Shown one piece after another: positions 32,259 to 44,737 of a stretch of 64,000 nt of DNA. The position numbers were made by a program, and so were the translations under genes. How positions within the stretch are numbered: position 1 is the first letter of the stretch; each line of letters starts with the position of its first letter. Source of the DNA: Leptolyngbyaceae cyanobacterium (GTDB lineage: Bacteria; Cyanobacteriota; Cyanobacteriia; Phormidesmidales; Phormidesmidaceae); the NCBI GenBank assembly GCA_050331235.1, contig JBHJHA010000032.1, forward strand, positions 1 through 64,000. The letters are read 5' to 3'. The notes below the pieces were generated by a model that worked only from the letters and a program-made list of their open reading frames with translations, ran no database searches and was not told where the DNA came from.

Positions 32259-33110
32259 TTAGGCCAAGGCCTGGGCATGGTGGGCTATGTGCTCTCCTAT
32301 GAATGTTGCGATGAAATAGTAGCTGTGGTCGTAACCCGGCTGCCGGCGCAAGGTCAGGGGATAATTGACCGCTTGGCAGGCCGCGACCAATTTCTCTGGT
32401 TGTAACTGCTCGGTCAAAAAGGAATCGGCCTCACCCTGATCAATCAAAATCGGCAACCGTTCCGACGCTCGCTGCACCAAATAGGTTGGATCATAGGCTA
32501 ACCAGTCATCGCGATTGGAGCCCAAGTAACGACTAAATGCCTTTTGTCCCCAGGGCACCTCAGCCGGGGCCACAATGGGTGCAAACGCTGATACGCTCTT
32601 AAATTGTCCTGGATTGCGCAGGGCAATCATCAGGGCGCCATACCCGCCCATTGAGTGACCCATGATGCTCTGATATCCGGCCCGGATGGGAAAATTAGCT
32701 GCGATCGCTCCCGGCAGCTCAGCGACAACGTAGTCATACATGCGGTAATGCTGAGCCCAGGGTGCTTCCGTGGCATTGAGGTAAAATCCTGCTCCCGTGC
32801 CCAAATCATAGCTGTCCTCTTCCCCCGGCAGATTGCACCCACGGGGGCTGGTGTCTGGGGCAACAATAATGATGCCGGTATGGGCTGCATACTGCTGGGC
32901 GCTGGCTTTGGTGATGAAGTTTTGCTCGGTGCAGGTCAAGCCGCTCAGCCAATAAATGACGGGGCACGGTTGGGACTCAGCTTGGGGCGGCAGATAAACC
33001 GCAAAGTTCATCTCGCAGTCTAAGACCTCAGACCGATGGCGATACACATTTTGCCAGCCGCCAAAGCTGCGCTGGTGGGCGGTGATTTCCAAATTTGTCG
33101 GCACACTCAT
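32259..33110 (-). CDS. frmB: S-formylglutathione hydrolase
   Basis: WLSGLTC, PDTSPRG, GAGFY, GHSMGG and GYDHSYYF motifs. Confidence 0.95.
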   Translation of the reverse strand: MSVPTNLEITAHQRSFGGWQNVYRHRSEVLDCEMNFAVYLPPQAESQPCPVIYWLSGLTCTEQNFITKASAQQYAAHTGIIIVAPDTSPRGCNLPGEEDSYDLGTGAGFYLNATEAPWAQHYRMYDYVVAELPGAIAANFPIRAGYQSIMGHSMGGYGALMIALRNPGQFKSVSAFAPIVAPAEVPWGQKAFSRYLGSNRDDWLAYDPTYLVQRASERLPILIDQGEADSFLTEQLQPEKLVAACQAVNYPLTLRRQPGYDHSYYFIATFIGEHIAHHAQALA

Positions 33111-33499
33111 GGCAAAAACCAGAAACTAAAAAATATTGGCTAATGGCGGTATCGCCTCTACCACTTCATCATGAAAGTTAAAGCCAACGACTGCGAAGGG
33201 AACTAGGCGATCGCCCGTTTTGCAAATTGGCATGAAAGTCAGCGTTGGGAAAAGCTACCCCTACCGTTTCGATAGTAGAAGCGGACAGACCAAAATCAAA
33301 GAGACCGCAGGAAAATCAATCAGGGCCAGCCGCCCCTCGCCTGGCAAAATACAACCCTCTGCACCAGCCAGTCGCGCTTTTTACTATCGAGCGACGACAC
33401 CATGGTCTCAGGCGACCTCACCGGTGTTTAGAGATGATCAATATTGATGTGACGGCTCAGGAACATCTCAGCCTGGCACCAGGGATTGACGCAGCGCCA

Positions 33500-34627
<1,128 letters not shown>

Positions 34628-34707
34628 TTATTGCTCGCTACCCTAGCACTGATTTCGATAGCATCGATGACCGCTAATATTTTTGCAAAAGTTAGACATC
34701 TGGATCT

Positions 34708-35628
34708 GTGAGACCACGGCACTTTACTCGGTATTGGCCACCAGTGGCGATCGTCAGTTTGGGGCTCGGGCTCACGTATGGCATCCTGCTAGGCGGGATG
34801 GCCGGGCGACAGCGCCAGTTGATTTATCGGCCGCGAGCAGAGCATTCGCTTTTGCCGAGCGATGTGGCCTTCCATCTGGATTATCAGTCGATGTGGATAC
34901 CCATTGCGGGGTCGAGCGATCGCCTCCATGCTTGGTGGCTGCCGCGAACTGAGCAGAGCTACGTAGTACTGCCCAACGAGCCCCACGATACCGTGCCTCC
35001 CAATAAGGTGGTGCTCTATCTCTGCGGCGTTGGGCGCAATATGGGCGACTACAATTATTTGGCCAGAGCCTCAGCCTTTCGGCAACTCGGATTTTCCGTC
35101 TTGATGTTTGACTATCGAGGGTATGGCCGTAGCGACGGCGACTTTCCCCATGAGTCACAGCTCTATGCCGACGCGGCGGCGGCGTGGAATTATCTAATCA
35201 ACGAGCAGGGCATTGCGGCAGCAGACATTGTCATCTATGGCGAGTCTTTGGGCGGAGCGATCGCCCTTGATTTGGCCCTTCAACATCCCGATGCCGCCGC
35301 TTTGATCCTCCAAAGTTCATTCACGTCGATGGCGGATGCGATCCAACAAAAGCTCTTTACCCGACTGTTTCCGGTTGAGCAGATTTTGACTGAGCGATTT
35401 GACTCGCTTGGGCGGATTGGCCGTTTACAGGTACCGGTTTTGTTTCTACATGGTGAGGCTGATTCGGTCGTGCCGGCAGCCATGAGTCAGCATCTTTACG
35501 CCGCGGCACCCGAGCCCAAGCAGATATTTTTAATTCCGGGGGCCGATCACGTCAGTATTTATCAACCCAAAGACGATTCATACCTCAAAGCCATTGCCTC
35601 ATTTGTTGGCTCGCTGCCAGAGCGATAG
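34708..35628 (+). CDS. Alpha/beta hydrolase with N-terminal membrane anchor
   Basis: FDYRGYG, GESLGG, HGEADSVVP and GADH motifs. Confidence 0.88.
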   Translation: MRPRHFTRYWPPVAIVSLGLGLTYGILLGGMAGRQRQLIYRPRAEHSLLPSDVAFHLDYQSMWIPIAGSSDRLHAWWLPRTEQSYVVLPNEPHDTVPPNKVVLYLCGVGRNMGDYNYLARASAFRQLGFSVLMFDYRGYGRSDGDFPHESQLYADAAAAWNYLINEQGIAAADIVIYGESLGGAIALDLALQHPDAAALILQSSFTSMADAIQQKLFTRLFPVEQILTERFDSLGRIGRLQVPVLFLHGEADSVVPAAMSQHLYAAAPEPKQIFLIPGADHVSIYQPKDDSYLKAIASFVGSLPER

Positions 35629-35704
35629 GCCGACTCGATCACGTAGCCGAAATCCTTAATGTGAACTGAGAACCCGATGTGAATGATCAAAATCACACGA
35701 CTTC

Positions 35705-36826
35705 TTGATTCAAATCGAACACTGCATCAGCAAGATTACGTATATTGAGTTCATTGCATCTGCCGACCCTGTATTTTCACTATCTGCGGATATGCTTCAG
35801 TCCTTTTTCTCCAGAAGTAGAAAACCGGAACGACGAGCTCTTAAAAGTAACGATAGGGCGACACTCTATCGGGAATACCTAAGAAGTATTCGAGTCTATA
35901 TCACAAGTTTGAGAAAGCTTCAAATGCCCGAAATCAATAATTATCTTGCTTGGATTTGCGATCGCTATCAAGCCCTGTTCGGCCAAGTTGCTCCTCGCCA
36001 TGATCAAGTGTTTTTAGAGTTTGCAACACCGATGTTAATGGCGATTGGTCAAGGCGATGCACCTTTTCATAATCTACGGCATGCGCTGCAGGTTGCTCAG
36101 GTAGGTCAGCTCATACTTGAAGGAAAACAGCAATTTGAAGGTTCTGTTTCGCCGACCGATTGGCTGCACTTGATGCTGGCTTTAGTGAGCCAAGATATTG
36201 GCTTTGTTAAAGGAATTTTTGAGCGTGACTGTGAAATTGAATTAGTCTTTTATGATGGCAATTGCGGCCAAGTAAAACTGCCCTCGACGGCAACGGGATC
36301 AGCACTATTTGACTGCCATGTTGACCGCAGTAAAGCATATGTAATGTTCAATTTGCGTCATCCTCGGCTAGATGCCGAAACTATTCAGCGCTATGTCGAA
36401 ACTACGCGGTTTCCGATTCCTCAGGAGGCGGGCTACCACGATAACTTGAGCTACGGGGGGCTCTGTCGAGCCGCTGATTTGCTGGGCCAGCTCAGTGCTC
36501 CTCATTATTTGCAAAACCTGTCTAATCTTTTTCAAGAGTTTGAAGAAAATGGCATGAATCAAATTTTGGGATATCGCACTCCAACCGATTTGCAGTATCA
36601 ATATCCCAATTTCTTTTGGCAGGTAGTTTACCCCTATGTCAAAGGCAGTATGCGCTATCTGTCAGCAACTAAACCGGGCCGTCAGGCGATCGCCCAGCTA
36701 TATACCAATCTCTGCCTGGCTGAGATGACCCACCCCCCCTGCGAAGCGCCCGTGGAGATGACGCAGTGGGCGATCAGCGACCCCATATTCCTCCCATGGC
36801 AAGAGTCAGGATTCATTTTTTCCTAG
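35705..36826 (+). CDS. HD-superfamily phosphohydrolase-like protein (Npun_R2479-like); start uncertain
   Basis: DAPFHNLRH, QDIG in place of HDIG, HVDRSK, TRFP and RAADLLGQL. Confidence 0.75.
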   Translation: MIQIEHCISKITYIEFIASADPVFSLSADMLQSFFSRSRKPERRALKSNDRATLYREYLRSIRVYITSLRKLQMPEINNYLAWICDRYQALFGQVAPRHDQVFLEFATPMLMAIGQGDAPFHNLRHALQVAQVGQLILEGKQQFEGSVSPTDWLHLMLALVSQDIGFVKGIFERDCEIELVFYDGNCGQVKLPSTATGSALFDCHVDRSKAYVMFNLRHPRLDAETIQRYVETTRFPIPQEAGYHDNLSYGGLCRAADLLGQLSAPHYLQNLSNLFQEFEENGMNQILGYRTPTDLQYQYPNFFWQVVYPYVKGSMRYLSATKPGRQAIAQLYTNLCLAEMTHPPCEAPVEMTQWAISDPIFLPWQESGFIFS

Positions 36827-37043
36827 AGCTGCTTGAGGGGCGCGCTGGATCAGAGTAGAGAGCAGCATGAGGGGGTTAAATGCTCAGGCAGGAAAGTGTC
36901 ATAGACGATCCGCGGTTTGTGGCCTGCGATGCTGCTGTCCCACCCTTCAAGCAATCCGAGACTGGGTCGGTCAGCTTGCGGTCAGATTGGTTAGTCCCTG
37001 GGCAAATGCGATAGGGTACACACACTGTTACCCCCCTGTCGCT

Positions 37044-37502
37044 ATGGAGTCAGCCCCGGTCACGGTTACAGCAATTCCTCGAGGGACCCTCCGACGGGTT
37101 CATCATTACGCTTTGAACGTGAAGGATATGGCGGCCTCACGGCGATTTTACGGTGAGATGCTAGGACTCTACGAATTGCAGGGAGCCGAAGTCCCGACAA
37201 CGCTGATCGATTTAGTCGCTCAAGGTAAAGTGGCCAACTTTCGGCTGCCGGATGGCACGATTCTCGATTTGTTTGGAGAACCTGATCTGCAGCCACCGAA
37301 CGCTGATCCGACACAGCAGTTTACCCGAGCTAGTCATTTGGCCTTTGATATTGCGCCCGAGCAGTTTGAACAGGCGGTAGCGGCACTGTACGCCCAGGGG
37401 ATTCCGATTGATCATGGTCCGGTGTGTCGACCGACGGGACGAGGCATTTACTTTTATGACCCTGATGGATTTTTGTTGGAAATCCGCTGTGATCCAGCCT
37501 AG
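37044..37502 (+). CDS. VOC/glyoxalase family protein
   Basis: VHHYALNV, HLAF and YFYDPDGFLLE motifs; ATG at 37044 chosen. Confidence 0.9.
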   Translation: MESAPVTVTAIPRGTLRRVHHYALNVKDMAASRRFYGEMLGLYELQGAEVPTTLIDLVAQGKVANFRLPDGTILDLFGEPDLQPPNADPTQQFTRASHLAFDIAPEQFEQAVAALYAQGIPIDHGPVCRPTGRGIYFYDPDGFLLEIRCDPA

Positions 37503-37849
37503 AAAATCGCGATCGCAGACTGAATTTATTTGTTTTGCCAGAAATATGATGGGTAAATCAATGCGATCTTTCCATTGTGGGTAAATGATGGAAACTCTTG
37601 AGAAACCGTTAAATAAAGCGCTAGCGCGCTTGACTTAAGCGGTCTGCCGGGTGGCGAACCGGAAAAATTAAACAACCAAAGTTGATGGGCTGCGGTCGAC
37701 TGCCTATGATGAAAGCGGCAAGCCGAGTTTAAGTTCGGAGAAAGCTGAGTAAGTTGTTTAGATTTTCCTGCGATCGTGGGGAATTTGAAAAGTTGCCAGT
37801 ATAATCTCATTCATAAAATGGCTCCTAAGATAGATGCTTAATCATCGCA

Positions 37850-39112
37850 ATGGTTAAAACCAAGCTGATTCACTCAAAGCGCTGGTCTCCAGTTTTCCTC
37901 GGCGCAGCGATTTCTCTGTCCGTATTGAGCGCTAGTTGTCGGCCTACCCCAGAAGCCAGTGCGGCTCCGCCTGTCGTGCCCGTCCAGGTTGAGACGCTAC
38001 AGACCGACACAATTCAAGAAAGCACAGAGTTTGTAGGCAATTTAGAAGCCGCCCAAATTGTAGAGGTGCGGCCAGAGATCCAAGGCCGCATTGAGCAAAT
38101 CTTTGTCGAGCCGGGGCAAGCGGTTGGAGCGGGCCAGTCCATCATGGTTTTGAAACCCGATCAGACCGTGCCACAGTATCAAGGCAGTTTGGCCGCCGTT
38201 GATGTGGCCCGAGGTAGCCGCGATAATGCCCTCAAAGCGCTGGATGTGGCCAGAGCGCAGCTGGACACCGCAGAAGCCACGCTGCAGTTAGATACCACCA
38301 ATGTTTCGCGGGCCCAGCAGTTAGTGGACGCCGGAGCGCTGGGGCAAATCCGCCTGGATGAGGCGCTGAATAAACAAGAAGCTTCACGGAATAATGTCAC
38401 CGCGGCTCAAGAATCCGTGGCGGCGGCGGCGGTGCAAGTGCAGCAGGCGGAAGCGGCCATTCGGCAGGCTGAATCCCAAGCTGAGGCAACGTTGGTGAGT
38501 GTAGAGTTCAAAGATGTGGTCACACCCATTGCGGGTGTGATGGACGATCTGCCAGTTAAACTAGGGGATTACGTCTCGGTGGGGCAGTCTGTGGCTAAGG
38601 TGACCCAACTTGATGCGCTGTTGCTGAATATTCAAGTGCCGTCGAACCGCTCGCCTCAGTTGAGGACGGGGCTCGCCGTGGAACTGCTTGATCCCAACAC
38701 CAAGCAACAGTTGACTACTGGTAGCATTAGCTTTGTCTCGCCCACGGTGGATACCCAAGCCCAAACCATTCTTACCAAAGCGCAGTTTCGCAATCCGGAG
38801 GGGAAGCTGCGAGATGGTCAGTATGTGGAAGCTCGAATCATTTGGGATACCCAGCCGGGACTGCTGATTCCCGTGACGTCGGTGGCTCGGGTAGGCGGTC
38901 AAACCTTTGTGTATCAGGTGAACGAGTCGCCCGAGACCGATGGCCAAGACGTTGTCAACTTAGTTCCTGTAGAACTGGGTGACATCCAGGGTGACGATTA
39001 TCAAGTAATGTCTGGACTGGAAAGCGGCGATCGCATTGCCGTGTCAAACATTTTGAAGCTAAGCGATGGCGTCCCCGTTGAGCCTGGGGCGGCCTCCGAA
39101 TCTGGATCGTAG
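37850..39112 (+). CDS. RND efflux periplasmic adaptor (AcrA-like lipoprotein)
   Basis: Lipobox-like LSASC, lipoyl halves, helical hairpin and LRDGQYV. Confidence 0.92.
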   Translation: MVKTKLIHSKRWSPVFLGAAISLSVLSASCRPTPEASAAPPVVPVQVETLQTDTIQESTEFVGNLEAAQIVEVRPEIQGRIEQIFVEPGQAVGAGQSIMVLKPDQTVPQYQGSLAAVDVARGSRDNALKALDVARAQLDTAEATLQLDTTNVSRAQQLVDAGALGQIRLDEALNKQEASRNNVTAAQESVAAAAVQVQQAEAAIRQAESQAEATLVSVEFKDVVTPIAGVMDDLPVKLGDYVSVGQSVAKVTQLDALLLNIQVPSNRSPQLRTGLAVELLDPNTKQQLTTGSISFVSPTVDTQAQTILTKAQFRNPEGKLRDGQYVEARIIWDTQPGLLIPVTSVARVGGQTFVYQVNESPETDGQDVVNLVPVELGDIQGDDYQVMSGLESGDRIAVSNILKLSDGVPVEPGAASESGS

Positions 39113-39139
39113 AACTCATTCCCGACTTCGAGGAGCATC

Positions 39140-42100
39140 ATGGCGCTATTTTCCATCGCCACGAACTTCATTAAACGTCCTGTATTAACCACGGTTTGTA
39201 CAATCGTGATTCTTTTGGTGGGGGGAATTTGTATTCCACTCCTGCCCATCAACTATTTGCCCGATATTTCACCGATTCAGATTCAAGTGCGCGGGGCCTA
39301 CACCGGAGCCGATGTGGAAACCGTCGAAAACACGGTAACCACGATTCTTGAGCGGGACATTACTGGCGTTGAGGGCATGGATTACATGACCTCCCAGAGC
39401 TACGCCGGTACCAGCAGTATTTCGGTTTACTTTCCCTCCGGAGCTAATAAAGACATTAGCCAGGTCAATGTCCAGAACCGGGTTGCTCAAGCCCTGCCCA
39501 AGTTGCCCAGCCCAGTGCAGCAGTTGGGCGTCTCGACCCGTGCCTCTTCGACCAGTATTTTGCTGGTCTATGGCATCTACGCCGAAAATGGCGAATACGA
39601 TGAAATTTTCATCAGCAACTATGTTGACCTGAATATCACGGACGTGCTCAAGCGAGTGCCCGGGGTGGGGGATGTTAGCGTTTTTGGTCTTAAGCAAAAC
39701 GCTATGCGCCTCTGGATTGATCCCCGGGCGCTGGCCGCTCGAGGGCTGACGATTTTAGACGTGAGCAATGCTCTGCGGTCACAAAACGTCGTGGTGGGGG
39801 CCGGATCTATCGGTCAGGAGCCGGTGCCAGAGGGGCAAAATTACGAACTGCCGATTCGCATTAATGGTCGCTTCACCGATGCCGCTGAGTTTGAGAGCCT
39901 GGTCATCAAAACCTTGCCTGATGGCACTCTGGTGCGGCTGGGCGATGTGGGCTATGCCGAACTCGGCGCTGAAAACTATTTGAGCAATGCTCGGGTCAAT
40001 GACCAAAAAGGGGTGGGTATTGCCATCTATCAGCTGCCGGGTAGTAATGCTCTGGATGTGGGAGCCAACATCAAGACTGAGATTGACAATCTTAGCGCCA
40101 ACTTTCCACCGGGATTAACCTCCTCGGTGGTGTATGACACCACAGAATTTATTCAGGTGTCGATTAAAGAGGTCTTTATCACGCTGCTCCAGGCGATTGG
40201 GCTGGTGATTTTGGTCATCTTTATCTTTTTGCAAGACTGGCGAACAACGGTAATCCCAGCGGTGGCAATTCCGGTTTCGCTAATTGGTGCCCTGGGTTTT
40301 GCCTTTGTGTTTGGCTTTTCCCTCAACAGTTTGACCTAGTTTGGTCTGATTTTGGCGACGGGGCTGGTGGTGGATGATGCGATCGTCATCGTGGAGGCGA
40401 TTACCACCAAGATTGCCGATGAAGGGTTGCCGCCGAAGCAGGCCGCTATCAGCGTGATGGACGAGATTGGGGGAGCGATCGTTTCGACCTCGTTGGTGTT
40501 GATGGCGGTCTTTATTCCCGTGGCGTTTTTTCCGGGAACGACGGGTCAGTTGTATCAGCAGTTTGCTCTGATCATTGCCTTTTCCGTGGTGGTCTCTACG
40601 TTCAACGCTTTGAGCTTCAGTCCTTCCATGTCGGCAATTTTGTTGCGATCGCAAAGCGAAGCGGCAGCGGCTGAGCAGTCAGGAGGACCGCTACGGTGGT
40701 TCTTCAACAAATTCAACCAAGCTCTGGCCTGGATTTCGGCTAAGTACAAAGATGCGGTGGCCTACTTCATTCGGATCCGCTACATCATCATGGGGCTGTT
40801 TGTCGTCGGCCTCTTTGCCACCTACTACATGTTTACCTCGGTGCCGGGGGGCTTTGTCCCCTCTGAGGATCAGGGCGTTGTTATTGGTATTGTGCAGGCC
40901 CCAGACGGGGTGTCGGTTAGCTATACCGATAGAGCCCTCGATTACGTGGTTGATACCCTCAAAGAGGTGCCGGAAATTGAGTCTTACTTCGTAACTAGTG
41001 GCGCTGGTTTGGAGGGGGCTGGTCCTAACCAAGGTCTGTTTTTTGCCAAGCTTACCCCCTGGGATGAGCGCACTACGCGGGAGCATTCAGTGGGGGGCGT
41101 TCTACGGCGAATCAACCAAAAATTTGCGCAAAATCAGGAGGCTCGCATTGCTGCCTTTAACCCGCCGCCGATTCCTGGCTTTAGTGCCACGGGCGAATCT
41201 GAGCTACAGCTGCAAGATCGCACTGGTGGCAGCTACACCATTGATGATTTCCTCGCGGGCGCGAATGAGATTTTAGCGGTGGCCAATGAAAAGCCAGCCA
41301 TTGGTAACGCTTATACCCAGTTCACCGCTGGCACCCCTCAGTTAGAAATTGAGATTGACCGGAATCAGTTAGAAGCCCTGAATATTGATTTTCAGCAAGC
41401 GTTGCAGACGATTGGGGCCTCGGTGGGTTCGACTTATATCAATGACTTTGTGTTGGGAACTCGTAGCTACAAGGTATACGCGCAGGCCCAAGGGGACTAC
41501 CGCAACTCACCGGAAGATTTGCAGTCGCTATACGTGCGATCGCGTGCGGGACAAATGGTGCCCATGAGTAAGCTGGCGACCGTCACACCGATCATTGGTC
41601 CGCAAATCATTACCCATTACAACGGCTACCGCTCCATCAAGTTTCAAATGAGTGAGGCCGACGGCTACTCCAGCAGCCAGGCGATCGCGGCTATGGAAGA
41701 AGCCCTGGACGAGGTACCCCAGCAAGGGTTAGCCGCCGACTGGATTGGCCTCGCTAAAGAACAAATCGCTGCCGGTAGCCTAGGTGCTCTGGTCTTTCTG
41801 TTCGGCATCATCATGGTGTTCTTAACCCTAGCCGCCCAGTACGAAAGCTATGTTGATCCAATCATCATTTTGCTGACGGTGCCGTTGGCGATGTTGGGAG
41901 CGCTCTCCTTTATTGCCGTGCGTGGGCTCAATAACGACGTTTATGTTCAGGTGGCGCTGGTTATGCTGATCGGACTAGCGAGTAAAAACGCCATTTTGAT
42001 TGTGGAATTTGCCAACCAGTCGCGGGAACTGGGCCTGACGATCGTGCAATCTGCCCAGCGAGCAGCGGAAGAGCGCTTTCGTCCGATTTTGATGACGGCC

Positions 42101-42433
42101 ATCTCGTCCCTGGTGGGCTTTTTCCCGTTGGTGATTGCCACCGGTGCGGGTTCTGCTTCCCGATGGGCCATTGGTACGGCCCTGTTTGGAGGACTGTTAG
42201 TGGCTACCGTGCTGAGCTTCCTGATTGTGCCGGTACTGTATGTCGTGATCAAAAGTTTGGAGGCCCATTTTCTCGGAACTAAACCGCCGACACCGCCTAA
42301 TGGCAACAATGGCAACGGTGTCGGTCCGCTGCCGGATGAGTCGACGATGATCACGCCCAACGGCACTGGTACCCACAGCGATGTCGAGTCACCAACGCCG
42401 ACCCCCTTCCAAGAAGGCGAAAATCCTGCCTAG
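39140..42433 (+). pseudogene. RND efflux permease (HAE1/AcrB-like) interrupted by an in-frame TAG at 40337-40339
   Basis: ORFs 39140-40339 and 40352-42433 are in one frame. Junction reads FGFSLNSLT*FGLILATGLVVDDAIV. KNAILIVEFA and RFRPILMT are intact. Confidence 0.9.
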
Positions 42434-42444
42434 GAGAGTAAGCG

Positions 42445-42699
42445 ATGAATTGGCGCAGAATGTTTTTTACTGGACTCATCAACACCGCCGTGGGTATCGG
42501 TATCGGCATCATCTTGTTCGAGCTGGCCGCCCCTCCTTTTACGAGCCGCCCCTACCAAGCCCTAGGGCGGTACTATGTGCTGGCTGGTGGGGTCGGGGGC
42601 TTTTTGACCGGGTGGAGCTGGGAAGGTTTACGACAGCTCAAAGTGAAACGCGATCGCGAAGAAGCGGAATTTTTCCGATCCTTTGGTCCGAAAAAATAA
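42445..42699 (+). CDS. Small membrane hypothetical protein
   Basis: 84 aa, two hydrophobic segments, AGGAG upstream, 11 bp after the permease. Confidence 0.7.
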   Translation: MNWRRMFFTGLINTAVGIGIGIILFELAAPPFTSRPYQALGRYYVLAGGVGGFLTGWSWEGLRQLKVKRDREEAEFFRSFGPKK

Positions 42700-42795
42700 T
42701 AGCTGAGTGGCGATAAACTCGCTTATTTTCTTAGAGTTGGTTAACTGGTATCGGCAAGCTTACTGAGATAGAGTTGAACGATCGCGTTTGATGGT

Positions 42796-43086
42796 ATGAC
42801 GAAGGTACAAATTCCGAAAACCCCTAGCCGAAGGAGACTTTTACCCATGGATATCGAACGTTCTGGACAGCGCGAGCTCACCCCCGAAGAAGAAGCCCAC
42901 TTAGAAAAGCTGCGACAGATGGTGAAAGATGCCCTCGCTGACGGCAAAGTATCTGAAGCCGAAATTCAATCGGTACGCCAATTCATTCACTCTGACAACA
43001 AAGTGACGTTTGAAGAATTACGCACAATCAAAGAAACCATTCGAGATGTGCTCGGCGATGCTGACATGGAATATGACTGGAGCTAG
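42796..43086 (+). CDS. Hypothetical protein with two D-x-K-V-x-x-x-E repeats (TerB-like)
   Basis: ALADGKVSEAE and HSDNKVTFEE segments; start may be the later ATG. Confidence 0.7.
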   Translation: MTKVQIPKTPSRRRLLPMDIERSGQRELTPEEEAHLEKLRQMVKDALADGKVSEAEIQSVRQFIHSDNKVTFEELRTIKETIRDVLGDADMEYDWS

Positions 43087-43101
43087 CCACGGCTGATAGG
43101 C

Positions 43102-43797
43102 ATGCCGCTGAAGCGATTAATCCAACCGGTTGCATCCAAACTGTTAGCATTTCAGCGTTCAGACACCAAGTTTGTCTGGATTCTGGCTGCGCTGTTTTTG
43201 CTGATATTGCTCAACCCTGTACTATCCAGCGTCGAGTTTACCAATTACTTCACCAACATATTGCTAACGCTTGTGGTTGTGTCCGGTATTTTAGCGGCCA
43301 GTGATGAGCGTCAAGTCATTCGTCAGCTGATTTTTATCGGCTCGATCACCTTGTCTTTGGATTGGATTGCTTCTCTGTCTCCAGGCGATCGCCCCATCCT
43401 GTCTATCCTCGTCCTAGGGCTTTACAGCATCTTTATGGCGATTGTCACCGTTGCCATCATTCTGGCGATCGTCCAACACAAAATCGTCACCCTCAACACC
43501 ATTTGCGGCGCAATTTCTGGCTACTTGATGATTGGGCTGACTGGGGCGATCCTAGGCTCACTGCTAGAAGTGGCCCATCCCGGCATGTTTTTATCCGGCG
43601 GTGAACCGCTGGCACAAGATGATCTACTCTCGGCCATGCTGTATTACAGCCTAGTGACCCTATCTACCATTGGCTATGGCGATATCACGCCAGGACTGCC
43701 ACTGGCGCGATCACTTTCCCTAGCCCTAGGGCTTTCAGGGCAAATCTATCTGACGGTTTTAGTGGCGATGCTCGTCGGTAAATTGCTCAAAGACTAA
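43102..43797 (+). CDS. Potassium channel family protein (Ion_trans_2)
   Basis: YYSLVTLSTIGYGDITP selectivity filter; multiple TM segments. Confidence 0.9.
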   Translation: MPLKRLIQPVASKLLAFQRSDTKFVWILAALFLLILLNPVLSSVEFTNYFTNILLTLVVVSGILAASDERQVIRQLIFIGSITLSLDWIASLSPGDRPILSILVLGLYSIFMAIVTVAIILAIVQHKIVTLNTICGAISGYLMIGLTGAILGSLLEVAHPGMFLSGGEPLAQDDLLSAMLYYSLVTLSTIGYGDITPGLPLARSLSLALGLSGQIYLTVLVAMLVGKLLKD

Positions 43798-43858
43798 CCG
43801 CCCCCTAAATTTCTGGCAATGCCTGACTGGCAAAACCTTACCTGTGAGACGCGGATCA

Positions 43859-44314
43859 TCATGGACAGTTGTTGATTTCGCTGGCCCGGGCCTCGAGATA
43901 TTCTTCACGGGAAATTGACGGCTGTCCGCCAGCCTCAAGGGTGTCGAGGTCGGCAGCCGAGCCGTTGCCCTCTTCCAAGTCGGCGACGGTAGGTGCTGTA
44001 TCAGCATCGGTGTCTGCCGCCGCTGCTGCGGTTGTGTCAGCATCGGTAGTCGCTGCGTCGACCGTCTCCTCCATCTCTTCAGAATCGTTTGAGAAAATAT
44101 CTAAATCTTGGTCCAAATCTAGCTCCAGCTTGAAACTAGACTCAGAACTGGCCGGGCTCGAATTGACAAAAGAGTTGTCATTCGGGGCCGTGTCGCGCTC
44201 TAAGCTGAGGGTGCCATCGTCAACGCAGAGGGCTTGGGAGGATGGAGCAGAACCCAAGACCGCACCAATACCAATAAGTCCGACAAGGGTTGACAAGAAT
44301 AAGGACTGGTTCAT
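43859..44314 (-). CDS. Secreted acidic low-complexity hypothetical protein
   Basis: AGGAG RBS, signal peptide ending SQA, D/E/A/T-rich body. Confidence 0.75.
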   Translation of the reverse strand: MNQSLFLSTLVGLIGIGAVLGSAPSSQALCVDDGTLSLERDTAPNDNSFVNSSPASSESSFKLELDLDQDLDIFSNDSEEMEETVDAATTDADTTAAAAADTDADTAPTVADLEEGNGSAADLDTLEAGGQPSISREEYLEARASEINNCP

Positions 44315-44737
44315 GGTTTTCTCCTGGTGAGTGACGTGTCTAAATACTGAGCCTGATGTAGGGCAAATGTACCGAACGGTGATTTGAGACTGAGAGGAAA
44401 ATCATCGAAATATTGGATAGCTCTATTGTGATCGAAAAATGCAGAGATTGGGGTCTATCGAAACACTTATCTTAAGCAAACTTTTGATGAAAATCGTGAC
44501 AACGACTAATGTCAGCTATGGCTACTAGATACGGCGCAAGGAATCTTCTGAATGCGTAGTTTATGTTTTTAATAACGAAAGACTGAAAGGTGATTTCCCG
44601 TCTCATTTAATAAGATGATGGGCAGGACATTGCTAACCGTAGGTAGGAAAAAAAGTGGCTAGCCGTTAACTGGTTCAAGCGATTCTTTAGCATTTCTTAA
44701 GCGCGAACCGGATTGACAGGCTGGCTAACCTATCAAC

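Noticed and set aside
33111..33499. frmR or another gene between frmA and frmB
   Set aside because: Only short or opposite-strand ORFs without family motifs are present.
40337..40339. Amber recoding (pyrrolysine or alternative genetic code)
   Set aside because: Many genes here end normally in TAG (tenA, msrB, dps, RND adaptor), no pyl genes are visible, and the position is a hydrophobic TM residue.
43869..44330. 153-aa antisense ORF and other overlapping ORFs in the track
   Set aside because: These are shadow frames of better-supported genes with no recognisable motifs.
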